From Eledone cirrhosa (lineage: Eukaryota): a stretch of DNA of 64,000 nt. The translations under genes were made by a program, and so were the position numbers. Shown in pieces: positions 26,340 to 42,344 of this stretch. Position 1 is the first letter of the stretch; each line of letters begins with the position of its first letter. The stretch covers positions 140,802,001 through 140,866,000 of the forward strand of contig OZ024741.1 in assembly GCA_964016885.1 (NCBI GenBank), in the 5' to 3' direction. The notes under the pieces were generated by a model. It did not search any database, was not told where the DNA came from, and saw nothing but the letters and a program-made list of their open reading frames with translations.

Positions 26340-29300
26340 ACATCAAATTACCTTTTAGATTTTGCTTCATAGAACCATGTCACATGTTAACATTCTAGTT
26401 TTATGTGTTTCACACCCCCTTCTAATTTTCCAATTGCCTGCTTACCTATAATTTTCCAGATGTATTATAAAGTCATATCACACGTCAGTAGCAGTCTCGT
26501 TTACCACCGTCTTAGGCCTTAGTGTTAAGGTCCCAAACTGTATGATTCGTTTTATCCGTTCCTCTTTCTGGTCAGTTCACCGCTTACGGGATACGCCAAA
26601 GACCTTTATAGTTCGTTTGCAAACAGGAAAACAAGAACTGAGCCTGGGATGTCTCTTTTCAACAATGAATAAATTATACTGATGAAACTAAAATTAAATG
26701 TCAATGGAGGAACGAGGTAGTTGGTCCAGCATTGATATGGTTCTTTATAGTTCACGGTGATTCAATTAATTCTATTCAATTGTTAATAGATCATGGTGAA
26801 TAATGCCTCGAATTGGGAGGAGTGTTTGGGAGTCAAGGTAATATCTCAATATTTGTTCTGGTTGACTGTGCTCTGAGTTCAAATCCCACTGAAGTCACCT
26901 TTTCCATTCAGCTGTTCGATGTCAAGGAACGTTTGATTGCAGAATTAACAGAGTTGGATGGCTTTATTTGTTTCAAACGTTACAGCATTCGACCTAAAAT
27001 GTGTGAGGGTTACGTCTTCAGGTAACTTTTCAGACGAAGAAATTGTTCCTCAATACTTGTAACATAGTTGTTAGGAAAGTTCCGTCCAGGCTCCTAAGTT
27101 CATGATTTAGATTCAAGGATTGGGTGGAATGATTTTTTTCTGGGGTAATATGCTTTATATCAAGTGGCTAAACACTTATGACAAGCTGCATCGAAATTCA
27201 CGTTTCGCTCGCTCAACTTTAACTAGGCTTGTGCATTTATGATATAGGTTCGTGTCCCATCTCCTTTCGTTGGTGAATAACGTAAATACTGTAATACTGG
27301 GGTTGAATAAATCAACATAGCCTTAACGTAAAATAAATTGCGATGTCTGAAATATAGCAACTATTGATATGTTGTTTCAGGACCTTGTAAAAAAGGCAGA
27401 TTTTCAGTTTTTCATGAGTTGATTATTTACTTGATGTCTGCAGCGATAGGATAATTTAGAATAAATTTTCCTCGTTCGGCGTGCTCTTTATCAAAGTTTT
27501 ATCGAACGTAAACCAGGGAATTACTGTCAGAGTTAATCATCATTATTTTAGCGAACCGAACAATGTTTTGCTTGTAGTAGCATTTATATCTATGGCTGAA
27601 TATTTTGCTTGGAATACACTTGAGGGGTTAAATGTTAACCCTATAGAAATTCCTGTTCTCATATAAGTTTGACCACCGTCCATCCGTTTTCGTACTTTGC
27701 CTGTTCTATTGTTACTAAAACTGTGACTGACACTATACTAGGATCATCTATGCAAAGTGCTTTGAGTGTCCCTCCTTTTTTCAGTGCCGTCTGCTACACT
27801 AAACCATTTTTGAAATATTTGGTTTCAGGAGAGTCGTTAGAATTCAATTTAGAAATATATGAGTGAACCTAAGAATATAGTAAGACAAACAAAAGAACGG
27901 TTTACAGATGTACCTACAATTTCATATGTTGACGTTTTCATACGTAATTCACGAGAAAGAACATTGACTGTGATGTTGGTAAGGAGAGGCAGTGTACTGT
28001 GAAATATCATGAGTTGCTAGCTATGGTAGAATCCAAAATGCTTTTTGTTTTGTTTTTCTTAATTTACTCCATTTTTATCCCTGTATTTCTACCTACCATT
28101 TTACTGGCTCTGCCATAACAATTATAATCACATATCACACAACGTCGTTTCACACACTCTGCAAAGGTTTATATAATCCTTTACGTAGAACATCCCCTTG
28201 TCTGTGTTTTCCATCGAACCATGTAGCTATCTTAATTCTAACGGATTATCAACACCTCGATATTTTATCTACTAAATTGTTAGTCTACAAATTATTGTGC
28301 ACTAATGTTCAGAATAAATGACATAATATAGTGGGTTGTTATGTTACCTCAGTTTTTAATATGCACAAAAGAAGAGAACAGAATTATATTTCTTATAGAA
28401 TTTAGTTTTAAGAAACTGTATCTAGAATAAAATTTACAAAGTTGCAACAAAATCAAAATATATTAGATAGGAGGGGTAGAAACTGTGAGAGAGAAGATTC
28501 TATATTTTAAGCTGGGCGGTATATCTTCACTACGCCACGCGGACCAGATGATGAAAGTGTTTTCGCGTAAAGTAGGCAACGATATCACTTGTATCAGCCA
28601 GATCTTCACAAGCCACCTTCCCCAATCATGATGATCTCCTCCATATTTGACGGAGATCTGACGGAGTTATGGTGACCAAGGTCACCGCATATCACAATGT
28701 CGACCGGCGCAAAACAACAACAAATATTTAATACCTGGAATAAATTCACCAGATTTGACTTTTCTTCTTACTCTTCTTCCATCAACAGACTATGATCTCG
28801 TGATGAATATTTCATATGCATATATCTCCAGAAACGATCTGGATATGAAACACATATAACCAGCGTTTAATTTTGGGTTGTTGCTAAAATGAGATACATA
28901 ATGGGAAAATATATAATGAGTGAGAGTGAGAGGGGATAAAGATATATTAAGGAAAACATCAATCCCTTTATTGGACTGGTACTATATTCATCTACGCCAA
29001 AATGATGAAAATCAAAGTTGAACGCAGTGGAATTCATCTAATCTATATATAAATTTCTACGATTCTGTCACAACACGTAAAGAGGCATGAGTAGTTTGAC
29101 TACCGCATACTATTCCCCCCTTCAACAAAAAAGGTGCTTCTACCACTGTTGTTATGCCTATCTCATACTACTCCTTTCTCATTACAACAAAAGCAGAGTG
29201 CTGCTCCCACTGTTCTAATGACTACTTCATTCTACTTCTCACTCATATAAATATATACATATGCACATACACACATACGCGTCAGCGTATGAAAAGAACA

Positions 29301-31198
29301 TCTAGTACAGCAAAAAGCCGGAGAGAATACCACTGTGTATTCTATCCGGTGTTCTAACGACTTCGCCAATTCTCTGCTAGGAATGTTTATTACTGACAGT
29401 GCACTGTCTGATAGCTTATCAAGTCACATTTCTTAGACATGTTAGCTTTATAGAAAGTGAAACAAACAACTTCCGGTATAACTGATAATATTTGAAGTGT
29501 TTTTCAAGGCAGCTATGTTCGTTCTCCATGTTTCCGTTGTAAAAAATACACAATATTTATATTATCATTGTAATAGGAAACCAAACTGATGCAGAACCTT
29601 GTAGCTGGTTGATAAATCTAATATCCAATTACACGGTAGACATAATTATCTATTCATGTGCTACACGGTAAATGAGGATAGTTAATTGGTTAGGATGCCC
29701 GCCTGACTATCGTAAAGCCGAGACATCGATTCCAGGACCGAGCTGTGCATTGTGTTGCCCCAGTCCATTCAACTTGAGTAAAAACCTTTGAAGGTTCCAG
29801 ACTTACTTGTCATATTCAGTGTCACATTGAATCTACCTGAGCACTGTACGAGTGTCTGAAGTGTGTCTCAACATGGTGGCAGTCTCATGACAAAATAATA
29901 ATTATATGCATCTGAGTGTGGAGTGAATGAAAAAATTATTAAATAATTTCTCTACTTAGATCTGTATGTGTATTGTCTATTATTCTGTGATCATCATCCA
30001 ATATAACATATAAATGACAAAAATATATAATCATACCGTTTCCACACACACGCGCGCGCGTTTTATTAAGTAGGGAATGGGTATTTATGAATGTTTTGAT
30101 ATGTCTATAGAGCTTATCAAACATGATTTCCTTAACCTGGTGCACCTTTTGAAGTATGAGTTATCGATGATTTAAAAATTAAAGCAAATATTTCTAAAAT
30201 ATTACCATACATAAAACTTAACAGAATCAAAGGTTAACCAAATGTAATGCACATTGAAGGTGTCGATGAAATAGTTGCTCAAAGAAAAAAAATAAACGTT
30301 CATCAGCAATTTATTCAATTAATTATAATTAATAGATTCGAGTAAATTAAGGCTTTTTGATGTGTGATAACCTGCATATATTTAGATTCAATGAAGTGTG
30401 ATATGTAATACTAGAAACACCAATATGAACGAACTCAGCATTAGAAGATAATTCCTAAATAGATAAATAAGAATAATAACTATTAATTTGAATAAGGTGT
30501 GTTAATATAATGAGAGTTCTAAACACTCTGGACCATTTAACACTAAATTTATTCACATGTGTTTTATAGGCTAATAACGCAGCGTATGTATATATGCTTG
30601 CTTCAATGCATTAAGAAAATATATTGTATAAAATTGCAATATATAATTTAGATATATAAGCCATGCCTAATCATGCGTTCTCTTTTATATGGTTGAAGCA
30701 GAAAGGTTTTAAAACATTGTTTTGAAAATATGTACACTATTACAAATTCCCACCAACATTTTATATTTCTGTAATATTTTTATGCATTTATTTTATCCTA
30801 AACAGATCAGCTTTACGATTTTGAAAGGCTTTATTTAAATGATGAAAGGTTTCCTCTATTGCCAGCAAATTATTATTCGAATTATTAGGCGAATAGGGAC
30901 TATAACTGAGAATTCTTTTAATATATTCTTTTATTAGCAAAGGACATTAGAAATTATTTCTTAAGCGAAATCATACATGATAATTTGAAAACGAGACGTT
31001 CAAAAACCTTTTTAGAAATATGAATTAAATGTAATATGGTTTCAACATATGCTATGTCGAGGAGATACTGATAGGAAGGTTAGTTCTAGATAACGATCAT
31101 GTACAAGAGCTGTGTCACCACATTTATTGGAAATATACTGAAGTGGAGAATTCATTCACAATCGTTGTGACGTTTATTCCGTCTAGTTAACATTTTGA

Positions 31199-31199
<1 letters not shown>

Positions 31200-31253
<54 letters not shown>

Positions 31254-31269
31254 CATATATATATATATG

Positions 31270-31316
<47 letters not shown>

Positions 31317-31505
31317 CATATATATATATATACACATATATATATACACATATATATATATACATATATATATATATACACATATATATACACATATATA
31401 TATACACATATATATACACATATATATATACACATATATATATACACATATATATATACACATATATATATATATACACATATATATATATATATATATA
31501 TATAT
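31200..31505. repeat. (CA)n/(TA)n microsatellite
   Basis: Directly visible. Confidence 0.95.
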
Positions 31506-32095
31506 CTTCAGGTCTTTACGAAGGTCCGACTTCCACACCGATCTCAAGCTCTCGCACGCCGCCCAGGCTTTGCTCTTACTCTCGACCACATCATCTTCCG
31601 TATTCCCAATCTTTGCTCCCAAATACAGGAAGTCCTCAACCAATTCTAGCGGCTTCCCGCCTACACTAGTAATCTTCTCTGGTTTCTTAATATTCTATGC
31701 TGCTCTACGGGTCAGAGAGTTGGACACTGACAAAGAAACTCACTCAGATGTTGGACGGGTACCACACGAGAATGCTGAAGATGGCTCTGAACATTAATCA
31801 GTATACACTGAGGATGAAGAACTCAGAGCTGTACGGGAGCCTCCCAAAGGTGACACAGAGGAGACTGAGGTTAACTGGACATGCCGACCGACATCCACAG
31901 TTGACACTGAATTCTGTGCTCCTGTGGGGGCCCCTGCATGGATACACTGGAAGAGGAAAACCAAAATTAACATATGTTGATGCCCTAAGGACAGAAACTG
32001 GTCTGTTGGAGGCGCAGGACATGGCAGCGATAATAAGGGACAGAGTCCGCTGAAGAGAACTCGTCCATGGATCTCGGGAATTGTACCCGCCCTAG
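31506..32095 (+). mobile_element. 5'-truncated RTE-clade LINE with inverted 5' segment
   Basis: The + strand from 31697 reads [45 protein letters not shown]. The - strand over 31506-31690 reads [25 protein letters not shown]. Confidence 0.88.
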
Positions 32096-32231
32096 ATATA
32101 TATATATATATATATAAATGTATATAGATATAGATATACATATGTATGCATGTGTGTGTGCTTTTGTGTATGTATGCCACACCTAGCCGCGTTCAACCGT
32201 ATGATTTAACAGCTGAACCGAAAAGATATCC

Positions 32232-32237
32232 ACTTGA

Positions 32238-32329
<92 letters not shown>

Positions 32330-32392
32330 TGTGTGTGTGTGTGCGCGTGTGTGCGTGTGTGTATGTATGTGTGTGTGTACGTATATGTATAT
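32232..32392. repeat. (TG)n microsatellite
   Basis: Directly visible. Confidence 0.95.
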
Positions 32393-32512
32393 AACTATAT
32401 TTTCAGTGCTTCATTTACAAAAGATTTATTTAGGTATCACAATATATAGTATCGTAAAACAACATAGTAAGTAAAAAATACTTTTAAAGGAAAACATAAT
32501 TCTACTTACATA

Positions 32513-32616
32513 ATTACTTAGACCACGGTTTTGGATGACCAAGAAAGATGCCACTCACCATAATTAGAATAGTTAATTAGTAAATTACGATCATCATCAC
32601 TCATCAGTAATCTTAG
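32513..32616 (-). ncRNA. Degenerate hammerhead with long stem II
   Basis: Minus strand: TTA-CTGATGA-GTGATGATGATC...GGTCATCC-AAAA-CCGTGG-TC|TAA. GAAA has become AAAA, but the GUC site is retained. Confidence 0.4.
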
Positions 32617-32839
32617 TCTTACGAAATATATTTACAGCTTTTTCAATAAAATTCAAATAAAATCTTGTGTTGGTAGCAGCGTCAAGAAAGTGACTAAATT
32701 TACAGTCAAAACGAAATGCGTAAATTAAATAAGCCATATGCATTTTACTTGAAAAAGCAACCGGTAAGACGATAAGCTAGGAATAGGTCACTAAAGGCCT
32801 CAAAATATACAAGAGAATAAGAGGGGGCATTACAGTAAT

Positions 32840-32945
32840 TTGTCCCAACTCATTGCGCGCTTTGAGTTCAAATCCCGCCGTGGCCAACTTTGCCTCTCAT
32901 CCTTTCGAGGTCGATAAAACAAGTACCAGTCCAGTACTAGGGTCG
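32840..32945 (+). mobile_element. Partial SINE
   Basis: GAGTTCAAATCCCGCCGTGGCCAACTTTGCCTCTCATCCTTTCGAGGTCGATAAAACAAGTACCAG. Confidence 0.8.
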
Positions 32946-33081
32946 GTTCTTCCTCTAAAGAAAAGCGTGGCTGTTCCGAGCTGGAGAAATGTGGCCTCCG
33001 CGCCACCTTTAAAAGTACCCTAGACACGCCGTATAACGGTGCCCCTAAGACTCCACATGGAGTTATGGGATCTTTATTCTA

Positions 33082-33168
<87 letters not shown>

Positions 33169-34308
33169 CATTTGAGTTCAAATCTTTCCGAAGTCAACTA
33201 TGACATTTATCAATTCTAGGTCTATAAGAAAAATATCTGTTCAGTAGTGAAGTTGATACATTCTCTATATGTCATCCTGAAAAACATCGGTTGTGCTCAG
33301 ACCAGAAACAAGAATATATATATGGATGTGTATGCGTGTGGATCTATGCATGATGGAGGCTGAGCGAATTTCTTTAAATGACAGGGTATTCCGGTTCACT
33401 ATATTATTTTTGCAAATAACTAAACAGAAACGATATAATGAACATTTCTTTGTAATCTGCAGTAAAATCATTACATTCGAAGTAATTATAGCCTTATTAA
33501 CACTAAACTCCCTTCTCACTCCAGTAGAACATATTGATGTTCTAATATCTCCGCACCCAAATATATTACTCAGGTATTTCCTAAATAAAGTCGATAAGGA
33601 TGCGCCTTTCTATGAACATAAGTAGATTTTATATTTGTAACAGACAAACTGGTGCCATAGCTCTATTGTTTCATAGCCATAAATGCGATTGATTTACAAG
33701 TAATTATTTCCATTACAACGTAAATATTTCTAACTTTAATAATATCTTAAAATGAGAGTTGTAATTTTTGTTATTAATTTCTTCCTTTAGAAAAGAAATT
33801 TGGTGTGTTTCTGATATGCACTATCTATATATTACTAAAACTTTGCGATTGTTTGCTTGCTTGCTCGTCTGTAATGTAATACAGCCAAAAGGGCGCATAA
33901 TGGGAAATACTTTGAAATGAAGTTGACTCTGAAATGCGAATACAAATGTAATAAAACAAGTTTCGCATAAATCGAAGGACGGCTTCCCGAGATATTAGGT
34001 TTTTCCGGATACCTCCATAAACTGAGAGAGAGAAGGATAGAGAGAAAGACATAGTGGTTGTGAGAGAGTAGATTGAAAGAGAGACATAAAGAGAGGGAGA
34101 GGAGACAGAGAAGGAGAATGGACGAGAGAGAGCTAGTGTTGTTGTGTATATATTTATGTGAGTGTGTGTATATATATATTTGTGTGTATGTATATGTGTG
34201 TATAACACATAATTAATATGTATATATATATATACATACACACACGGGCCTTCCAATTTCATTTCATTTATATATATATATATACACACACACGGGCCTT
34301 CCAATTTC

Positions 34309-35010
<702 letters not shown>

Positions 35011-36529
35011 GGGCGTTCCAGTTTCATTTCAGTCTGTGTATATTTTAATTATTTAAAAATTATTTTTAACTGAACATGATTTTTTTTTTTATATTTTGAA
35101 ATGAACGTGTTCACGTGTAGTCATGTATTGAATAACAATGTAGCATATTTGCAGAGTGGCTGGAACGTCATATAGATTGAATTCCGTTATTCCTTCCAGC
35201 TATTTACATTTGAGTTCAAATCATTCCGAAGTCATCTATAACATTTATCAATTCTAGGTCTATAAGAACAATATCTGTTCAGTAGTGAGCTTGATACATT
35301 CTATATATGTCATCCTGAAAATCTATGAGCTCCAAATGTTTTACATGCCGAAGCTAAGTAACATATCACTACGGTGTTCCTGCGTTTCCCCAAGAATTAA
35401 GTGCTCATGGGGAGATCAGGTCTCACGGATGGAATTTGTGTTCCCACATTTAATTATGTGCAAAGCAGTATCTTTCTAACGTGTATGTGCTTCGAATTTT
35501 AATGTCCCCGTATCATTTTGAGGGTTAAATTACTAAGATACATTATATGGCACTCATACGAGATCATTCAGATTTAAAGGGGCTTTGATATAATATTAGA
35601 TGTGGCAAGAAGAACAGCAAAATGGAGATTATGTAAAGTATGCTATCATAGTCTGCCACAATATCCAACGTCTCTCAACTTAATTTACTATGAAATATGT
35701 CTTTCAAGGCTCAAGGTTAAATAAATTTGGAATTCTAAGTATGCAGGCTGTAATAGGGAGGCTTACATTTCTAGACATTACAATACATATTTATGAAGCT
35801 GAACGGGTATTAAATAATCAATCAACGTACACATGTCTCAGCAGTTAATGTAAATATATACTGAAATAACACAAATGAAGCTCAACCAAGCAACGCACAG
35901 AGCTATTAATGCATTATTCACTCCGAACCTCTTTGCAGTAGATGTTTACATTGTAAAATGATGCTGTGAAGATTTACATTGTAAAAATAAGTAGGCACTA
36001 CGCAGCAAAAACACTGAAGTTAGTTCATATTAACAAAAGAACAGAAAATAAGATAACTAAAACGAAACGATTAATCTCCTCGTTTACACACACAATTTCA
36101 AAAGCATTATAACATAGCAGTTCACTTCAATGACCCGGGTCAAATTATATACACTAAAGCATAACTACATTATAAGCGGCAAACTCTCAGATTCGCTAGA
36201 GCAGGGGGTATATTTGTTCTGTTTCTCAGCGTTCTGAGTTCATATCGTGCCAAGCTCCACTTTGATTTTTATTTTTTCGATTTCGATAACGTTCCTAGCC
36301 GGGAGTGGTGGATTTTCAGAATTGGAACTTGATTTTAGATTGCACCAGATTTCCGGGTGGATAAGAACTAGGACAAGGTAAAGACTGCATCATCTGGCAC
36401 GTGATGCCGAGCCCTCCGCGTAGAGAGTGGTGGCAGTAGAAGGAATGTCTTACCTATGGAAACTGTCGCTTCCACAAATAGTTTCCACAAATAGGAATAG
36501 TTTCCCATTAGTCCATTTCTGTATTAGCG

Positions 36530-38920
36530 CGGAACCCTTTTTTTTACCTCCTCCCATTTTTTATCCACCTGGAGATCTGGTCTAATCCAGACTGCATGCA
36601 ACTTCAACGATCCGTCCGTCCATCGTCCGACGACACTGTTGAACGTCATGGGTTTGCCGCTCCAGGTGCCGAACTGCAAACCCCCTCACATTTCCAGATT
36701 CAGTTTTTTCTCGTCAGACTTTCATATTCCTCTAAGAAGTTCCTAACTACCTCGATTCCCGAGATGTTCGTTCCCTTCTTTCTTAGAACAAACGCCTTCG
36801 TGTTTCACATTGAAATAATGGTATAATGCATATCAATCGCAATGCTACTTCTAATTGCCTCTGTTAATTTAACCACCTCCATTCTATTTTCTTTTTGCTA
36901 TTTCTTTACTAAACGCTATTGATTCTATTCTCATCACTCACTTTGGAGTCCACCAGCACCTGCTGTAGAAGACACCCCTGTCAACTTAAGTGTTACTAAT
37001 GTGCTGACATGGAATATGTAGACATTTCGCATCGGGTATAACGTGCTAAGTTTCAAATAACGAGGTCATTGCCTACGCGTTCCATCTAGGTCGACATTGC
37101 ACATCACAAATTTGTGATCTGAATAGCTGACTATTCAGAATTGGGGACAAACAATGCTATCCTTATCTGCAAACCTAATGAAAAATCTATTTATGTGTGA
37201 TCTAGATAACCCTATGCCGTTCGTCAAGTTCCACACTGGCACATTCGAGAAATATAGTCGATATCTCTCAAACATTTGGAACTGGCTTATCAGGTTATCT
37301 AGGCTTTCGCACTCCACTCCCGATTCTACCAACTATTCCCACATAACCTATCGTGTGTCAAAGATGCCGTTCTATTCCCCTGCTAAGAATAAAGGGTAAG
37401 ACGTTCCTAGAAAGTCTTCCTGACGCCTAAAGAAATCCGGCCGTCCAGTCCCGATAAGTGCGTAGACGGCCACAAGTCTAAAAGCACCACCTTCGCTATT
37501 CCTCCAATTCCAGCCCGACTAAGGGATGTGAAGATCTTATAGTCATCCAAAATGGGGGCTAGTGCACGCTTGTCAGAAATCTTGGTTTCGTAGACGGCAG
37601 ACACATCCATATCTAATGGCCTGGGGTATTAGCAAACAACCTTGCTTCCAGGACGTCTCGAGACCACAAGCATCCTACTCTTATAAAAGCTATGTTCGCT
37701 GGTTGGTGAAGAGAAAAAAAAAGTGGTTGGCTACTTACCCTCCGAGCTCTATTGGAGTTTGGGTGGTTAGACCTCCATATTTGGTGGGGTTTATTTAAAA
37801 GTTTGCTCATTGTTCTTACATAAAAGTTTCCAACGCCATATGGAAAGCTCTCGGTAATGCATTTTCAGACATCCAGTGACATCCGTACCTTCATGAGATA
37901 CTTCCGCACTTTAAATGTTCTCGTGCCAAAAATCTTTCCCTCCCTTTCGATCTCTATACTTCGTGCTATGAGGCTTACACCTTCTTTGGCCATTCTCATA
38001 AACGCAAGATTTTCTGGATGTGCGGTAGTTTGCTGTTGATTTTGTGTGTTCATGTGTTTTCTTTTAGTTGTGGTTGTAGTAGTGTTGATAGTAGTGTCCA
38101 TGTACGATGTGTTGAAAGTTGTGTTTGATGTAGTTGTGTATTTTGTGTTTGCTGGCGTGGGTGTTGGTGTTTGGCAGTGAGTGTTGTGTGGCTTTTGTGT
38201 GAGTGTCTCTTTTAAAATATTTTTGGGTACTGTTTTACTCTTCTCCTTCATATCTCTGAAGATGGTGGGGGTACAAGTTTACTTGTAGGTGTTTCGTAAT
38301 TCTTGTTGCCCCTGCTAAGGAAACATCTGTTTTGACGGGGTTATTTTGTGTTGTCTTGAGAGGGGTCACATATAGGTCTGCGTTTTTGTTGCTGCTGTTT
38401 TTTTTGTTATTCCTACTGAAACTGTTGTATTTGTTGTTGTTATTGTTGTTCATGCTATTGCTGGTGCTGTTTGTGTTGTGGTTCTTGTCTGTCTTACTGT
38501 TATTTTTGTTATTTGCTTTTGTTATAGTTATTGTTGCAGTGTTGCTGGTGTTGTTCTTTATGTTATTACTGTTATTGTTGTTCATGGTCTTATTCTTTGT
38601 GTTCACGTGGTTGTCTGTGTTGGTTATATTTGTTTCTTGTTTCAGTCGTTGCAGTGGTGTTGGTGTTAGTGGTTTTGGATGTGCTTACCTTCGCTGCGTT
38701 GGCTTGGTGTCCATTTTCTTTTACAGAAAAGCTATTTTCAAAAATAAAGTTAAAATATTTCGATCTTCGGCCCAAATAGTATCAGTTCTTGCACCCCCAG
38801 GCCAAAGACTGGTGCTATCTTTTACATTATCAAACAATTTTAACAAAATACCAATTTAAACAAATTAAATCCACAAACCTGTTGAAGTGCAGAACGCACG
38901 TCTTGCAGTTTCATCGCCAA
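36530..38920 (-). mobile_element. L1/Tx1-like LINE relic with 5' end, Asn/Thr-rich ORF1 region, APE remnants and an internally deleted RT
   Basis: DVSAVYETK and INRFFIR..DKDSIVCPQF are APE-like. 36790-36900 matches 53090-53270, and 36590-36760 matches 51830-52050 (GTW.GKPM...VVGRW). Confidence 0.75.
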
Positions 38921-39051
38921 TAATAATAATAAATATTATTTTCATTTATATTAATGAAGACGGGGTGTTGTTCCTCCCATGAAAATTACAATAACGAAGA
39001 TATTTATAACAATTGCTAGAAATTCATATCTGAATGCAAATATAATATAAA

Positions 39052-39720
39052 ATAAATTGAAACAAAATGAAAACGAAATTTTATTTCTCACTCTTAGTAT
39101 GGCACTTACTTAAATGTAAGTATGCATGTATACGTACATACATATATGTATAGAGACGTACAGTAGCATGCACATATATATATATATACATATATACATA
39201 CATATGCATACAGGTACACATACATATATGCACGTATCAGTTTAGCGGCGCTTATTATAACGTCGCTTTGTTCGTTTGTAAACAAACTGAACAGCCTGAA
39301 TTTATGCCATACGGTGTTAAGGCAACCACGTCACCTTTTTGTTCAACACTGACACAGGAACGATGTACTAGTTTCAAGCTTGTTAGCTATCATCATCACC
39401 GTTTACCCATCTGTCAGATAGTTGAACGTTCGAAAGTATATACTTTCCTTATGAAAATTAACGGCTGATCAGCCTAATTTGCATATTGAGTGAGTTAAAT
39501 CGGTCAGGCATACCGAAAACGATAAATTGAAACAAAATGAAAACGAAATTTCATTTCTCACTCTTGGTATGGCACTTACTTAAATGTAAGTATGCATGTA
39601 TGCGTACATACATATATGTATACAGACGTACAGTAGCATGCACATATATATATATATATATATACATATATACATACATATGCATACAGGTACACATACA
39701 TATATGCACGTATCAGTTTA
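39052..39720 (-). mobile_element. ~1.4-mer of a ~470-bp non-coding unit (A-B-A) carrying a hammerhead
   Basis: Direct repeats at 39052-39244 and 39522-39720. The hammerhead lies in the intervening segment. Confidence 0.8.
39361..39401 (-). ncRNA. Hammerhead copy with core mutation (CTGATGA to ATGATGA)
   Basis: Otherwise matches 34556-34596, apart from stem II loop AACA. Confidence 0.7.
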
Positions 39721-39734
39721 TTTATGTATATATT

Positions 39735-39819
<85 letters not shown>

Positions 39820-40703
39820 GTATATATGTATGTATATATGCATGTATGTATGTATCTGTGTATGTATCCATATAGCGCGTGTATTTATGGGAGAGAATAT
39901 GTATGTGTGTGTATGGATATTTTTGTATATTAGAATAAAGAAAGATTTAGAAAAAATAGATTGATAAGCCGATTCATTGATTGATCAAATGAAGGATCGA
40001 TTGATCGATATATATAGTCTTCAAACATCTTGAAATTTCCATTTTATTATCCTCAAACTTGAATTTCAAATTTTAGAAAAGCTGCTCTTATCAAAATTTA
40101 TTTTATAAATAGATATTTCATTTTAATGTTCTCTGACCGGCTAAACTGGGGGTGGAAGAGCTGTTGCTATGGTTTTCGTTGATTCGATTTTTTCTTCATA
40201 TTCAATTTCATCTAATGCAGAAAGAAAACAAAATATTTAATAAATTCTATTAAAGATGAAAGAAACCGTTTTAATAAGTTTATGGAATACTTAAATATGA
40301 GATGAAATGAAAAATATAATCTAAATACATAGGAAAAACATAGAGAGAAATAAACCAGTTTGACACTTGCAAGATTCATAATGGCATTATAGCAACTGGA
40401 AACTCTTCTCACATTTATTTCCAACAGTGAGATATTTCCGGTTTCAAAAAGCACATATCTGTAGTGCTGAAATGTAAGCATCTGGTGCGTTATTGATAAC
40501 ATTACATGAAAGTTTCTTCGGCGATAAAAAGGTTATGAAAATAGTTATAATTTATAAGAACACATTTCTTACGTATCACTACTATTTTCCAAAAATAATC
40601 GTTTGGCAAAGCATTCAACACTTTGATTTGAGAATTTCGTCGCACTTCTGCACGTTGTGGAGATGGCCCCTCCCACGAGGTTATATTTCCACTATATTAT
40701 TTC

Positions 40704-41081
40704 GATTGGCAGTATCGGTAGAGGGTCGGACGCCATGCTTTCCAGCATAGTTACGTCCCTTTACGATCTGAGTTCAAATCCCGCCGAGGTTGACTTTGCC
40801 TTTCATCCTTACGGTGTCGATAAAATAAAGTACCAGTAATGCACTGGGTAATTGCTGGCCTTGTGCCTAAAGTAGAAACAATTATTTCGATAAGGTGGAT
40901 TGGCAGTATCGGTAGAGGATCGGACGCCATGCTTTAACGCATAGAGTTACGGCCCTTACCATTCTGAGTTCAAATCCCGCCAAGGTTAACTTTGCCTTTC
41001 ATCCTTACGGGGTCGATAAAATAAAGTACCTGTAATGTACTGAGTAATTTCTGGCCTTGTGCCAATAGTAGAAACAATTAA
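40704..41081 (+). mobile_element. Two tandem full-length tRNA-derived SINEs
   Basis: A-box-like TGGCAGTATCGGTAG, B-box GAGTTCAAATCC, shared core and tail GGCCTTGTGCC..GTAGAAACAATTA. Confidence 0.88.
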
Positions 41082-41180
41082 TTCGATAAGGTAGTTCTGT
41101 TTGCGATGGATCTCTCTCTCTCTCTACATATATATATATATATATATTGGAAAATGTGTGTAATCCTTGGTACAGTTAGG

Positions 41181-41966
41181 TATATTAAGACAGGGGGGAA
41201 GAAAAAATGGCTTCACTTGTGCTTTGAACAAATTTATTTTCTTCACAAAATCCAAAATGAATATTTTTCCCGGATTAGAACAATTTTTTTTTTTTTTTTA
41301 TTAAAAAAAATTATTTTATAAATTAAGTTGTTGGTTGTTGGTTAGGTCTTAGGAGTTCTTGGTTAACGTAGGAGGTATTGTTTCGTTTTTAGAACGACCT
41401 TTCACGCTGAGGTGCGCTTGTCAAACTGATGTGTATGTGGTGTGTTGTTCTATATATAGGGATTTAACATGTCTGTTGTGTGGTGGGGGTTTCTTTTCTC
41501 CCCCTTTAATAAGTGTATGGGTGTAGGTGTGTTGAAAAAGTGTTAATAGCAGTAATGAGTTGAGACGGTGAGTAGGGTTGGGTGGGGAGAAATGTAGCAA
41601 GTGCGGCCTGCCCCGGTCATTCTCGAAACATTCCTTTAATCAGGGGAAAAAGCTTTTAGTATTCCTTTTGTGTTGAGAATGGTCACAGGCAAATCGCACC
41701 TGTCAAGTTTGTAAATAATTTTTTTTTTTTTTTCTGAAGAATTTTTCTACGTCCATCCCAAAATTAGTCCTTTGTTCAACACACACATATGTGCATATAC
41801 ACGTACATACACACACGGGCATATGTAGGAATACATGAACTGCAAAACGAAAAACCTAATATATTGCGCAACATGCCCACAGTGTAAAGAGTATTACATT
41901 GGGGAAACCGGAACGGGATTACATGATAGAGTCCGGGTACATAAACAACAAATTAAAGACCCCACA
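41181..41966 (+). repeat. Left arm of a ~786-bp inverted repeat containing a Penelope GIY-YIG start
   Basis: Reverse complement of 45608-46394. Encodes [35 protein letters not shown]. Confidence 0.92.
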
Positions 41967-42053
41967 CATACGAATATGTACTCATACCTCCACATGGGTA
42001 TATATATACATATACATACATATATACACATACATATACATATACACACATAT

Positions 42054-42146
<93 letters not shown>

Positions 42147-42344
42147 CATACATACATACACATACATACATATACACACATAAAGATACATGACTTAATA
42201 TACATATATACACATACACGCACACATACACACACACACAGACGGGTACACAGACACACACACATATACATATGTCCGTATATATACGTCCGTTCACACA
42301 TACATGCATACACACACACACATACACACATACATATATATATA

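Noticed and set aside
38332-38859. Hydrophobic 175-aa ORF resembling a membrane protein
   Set aside because: It is the antisense reading of the AAC-rich low-complexity ORF1 region of the LINE.
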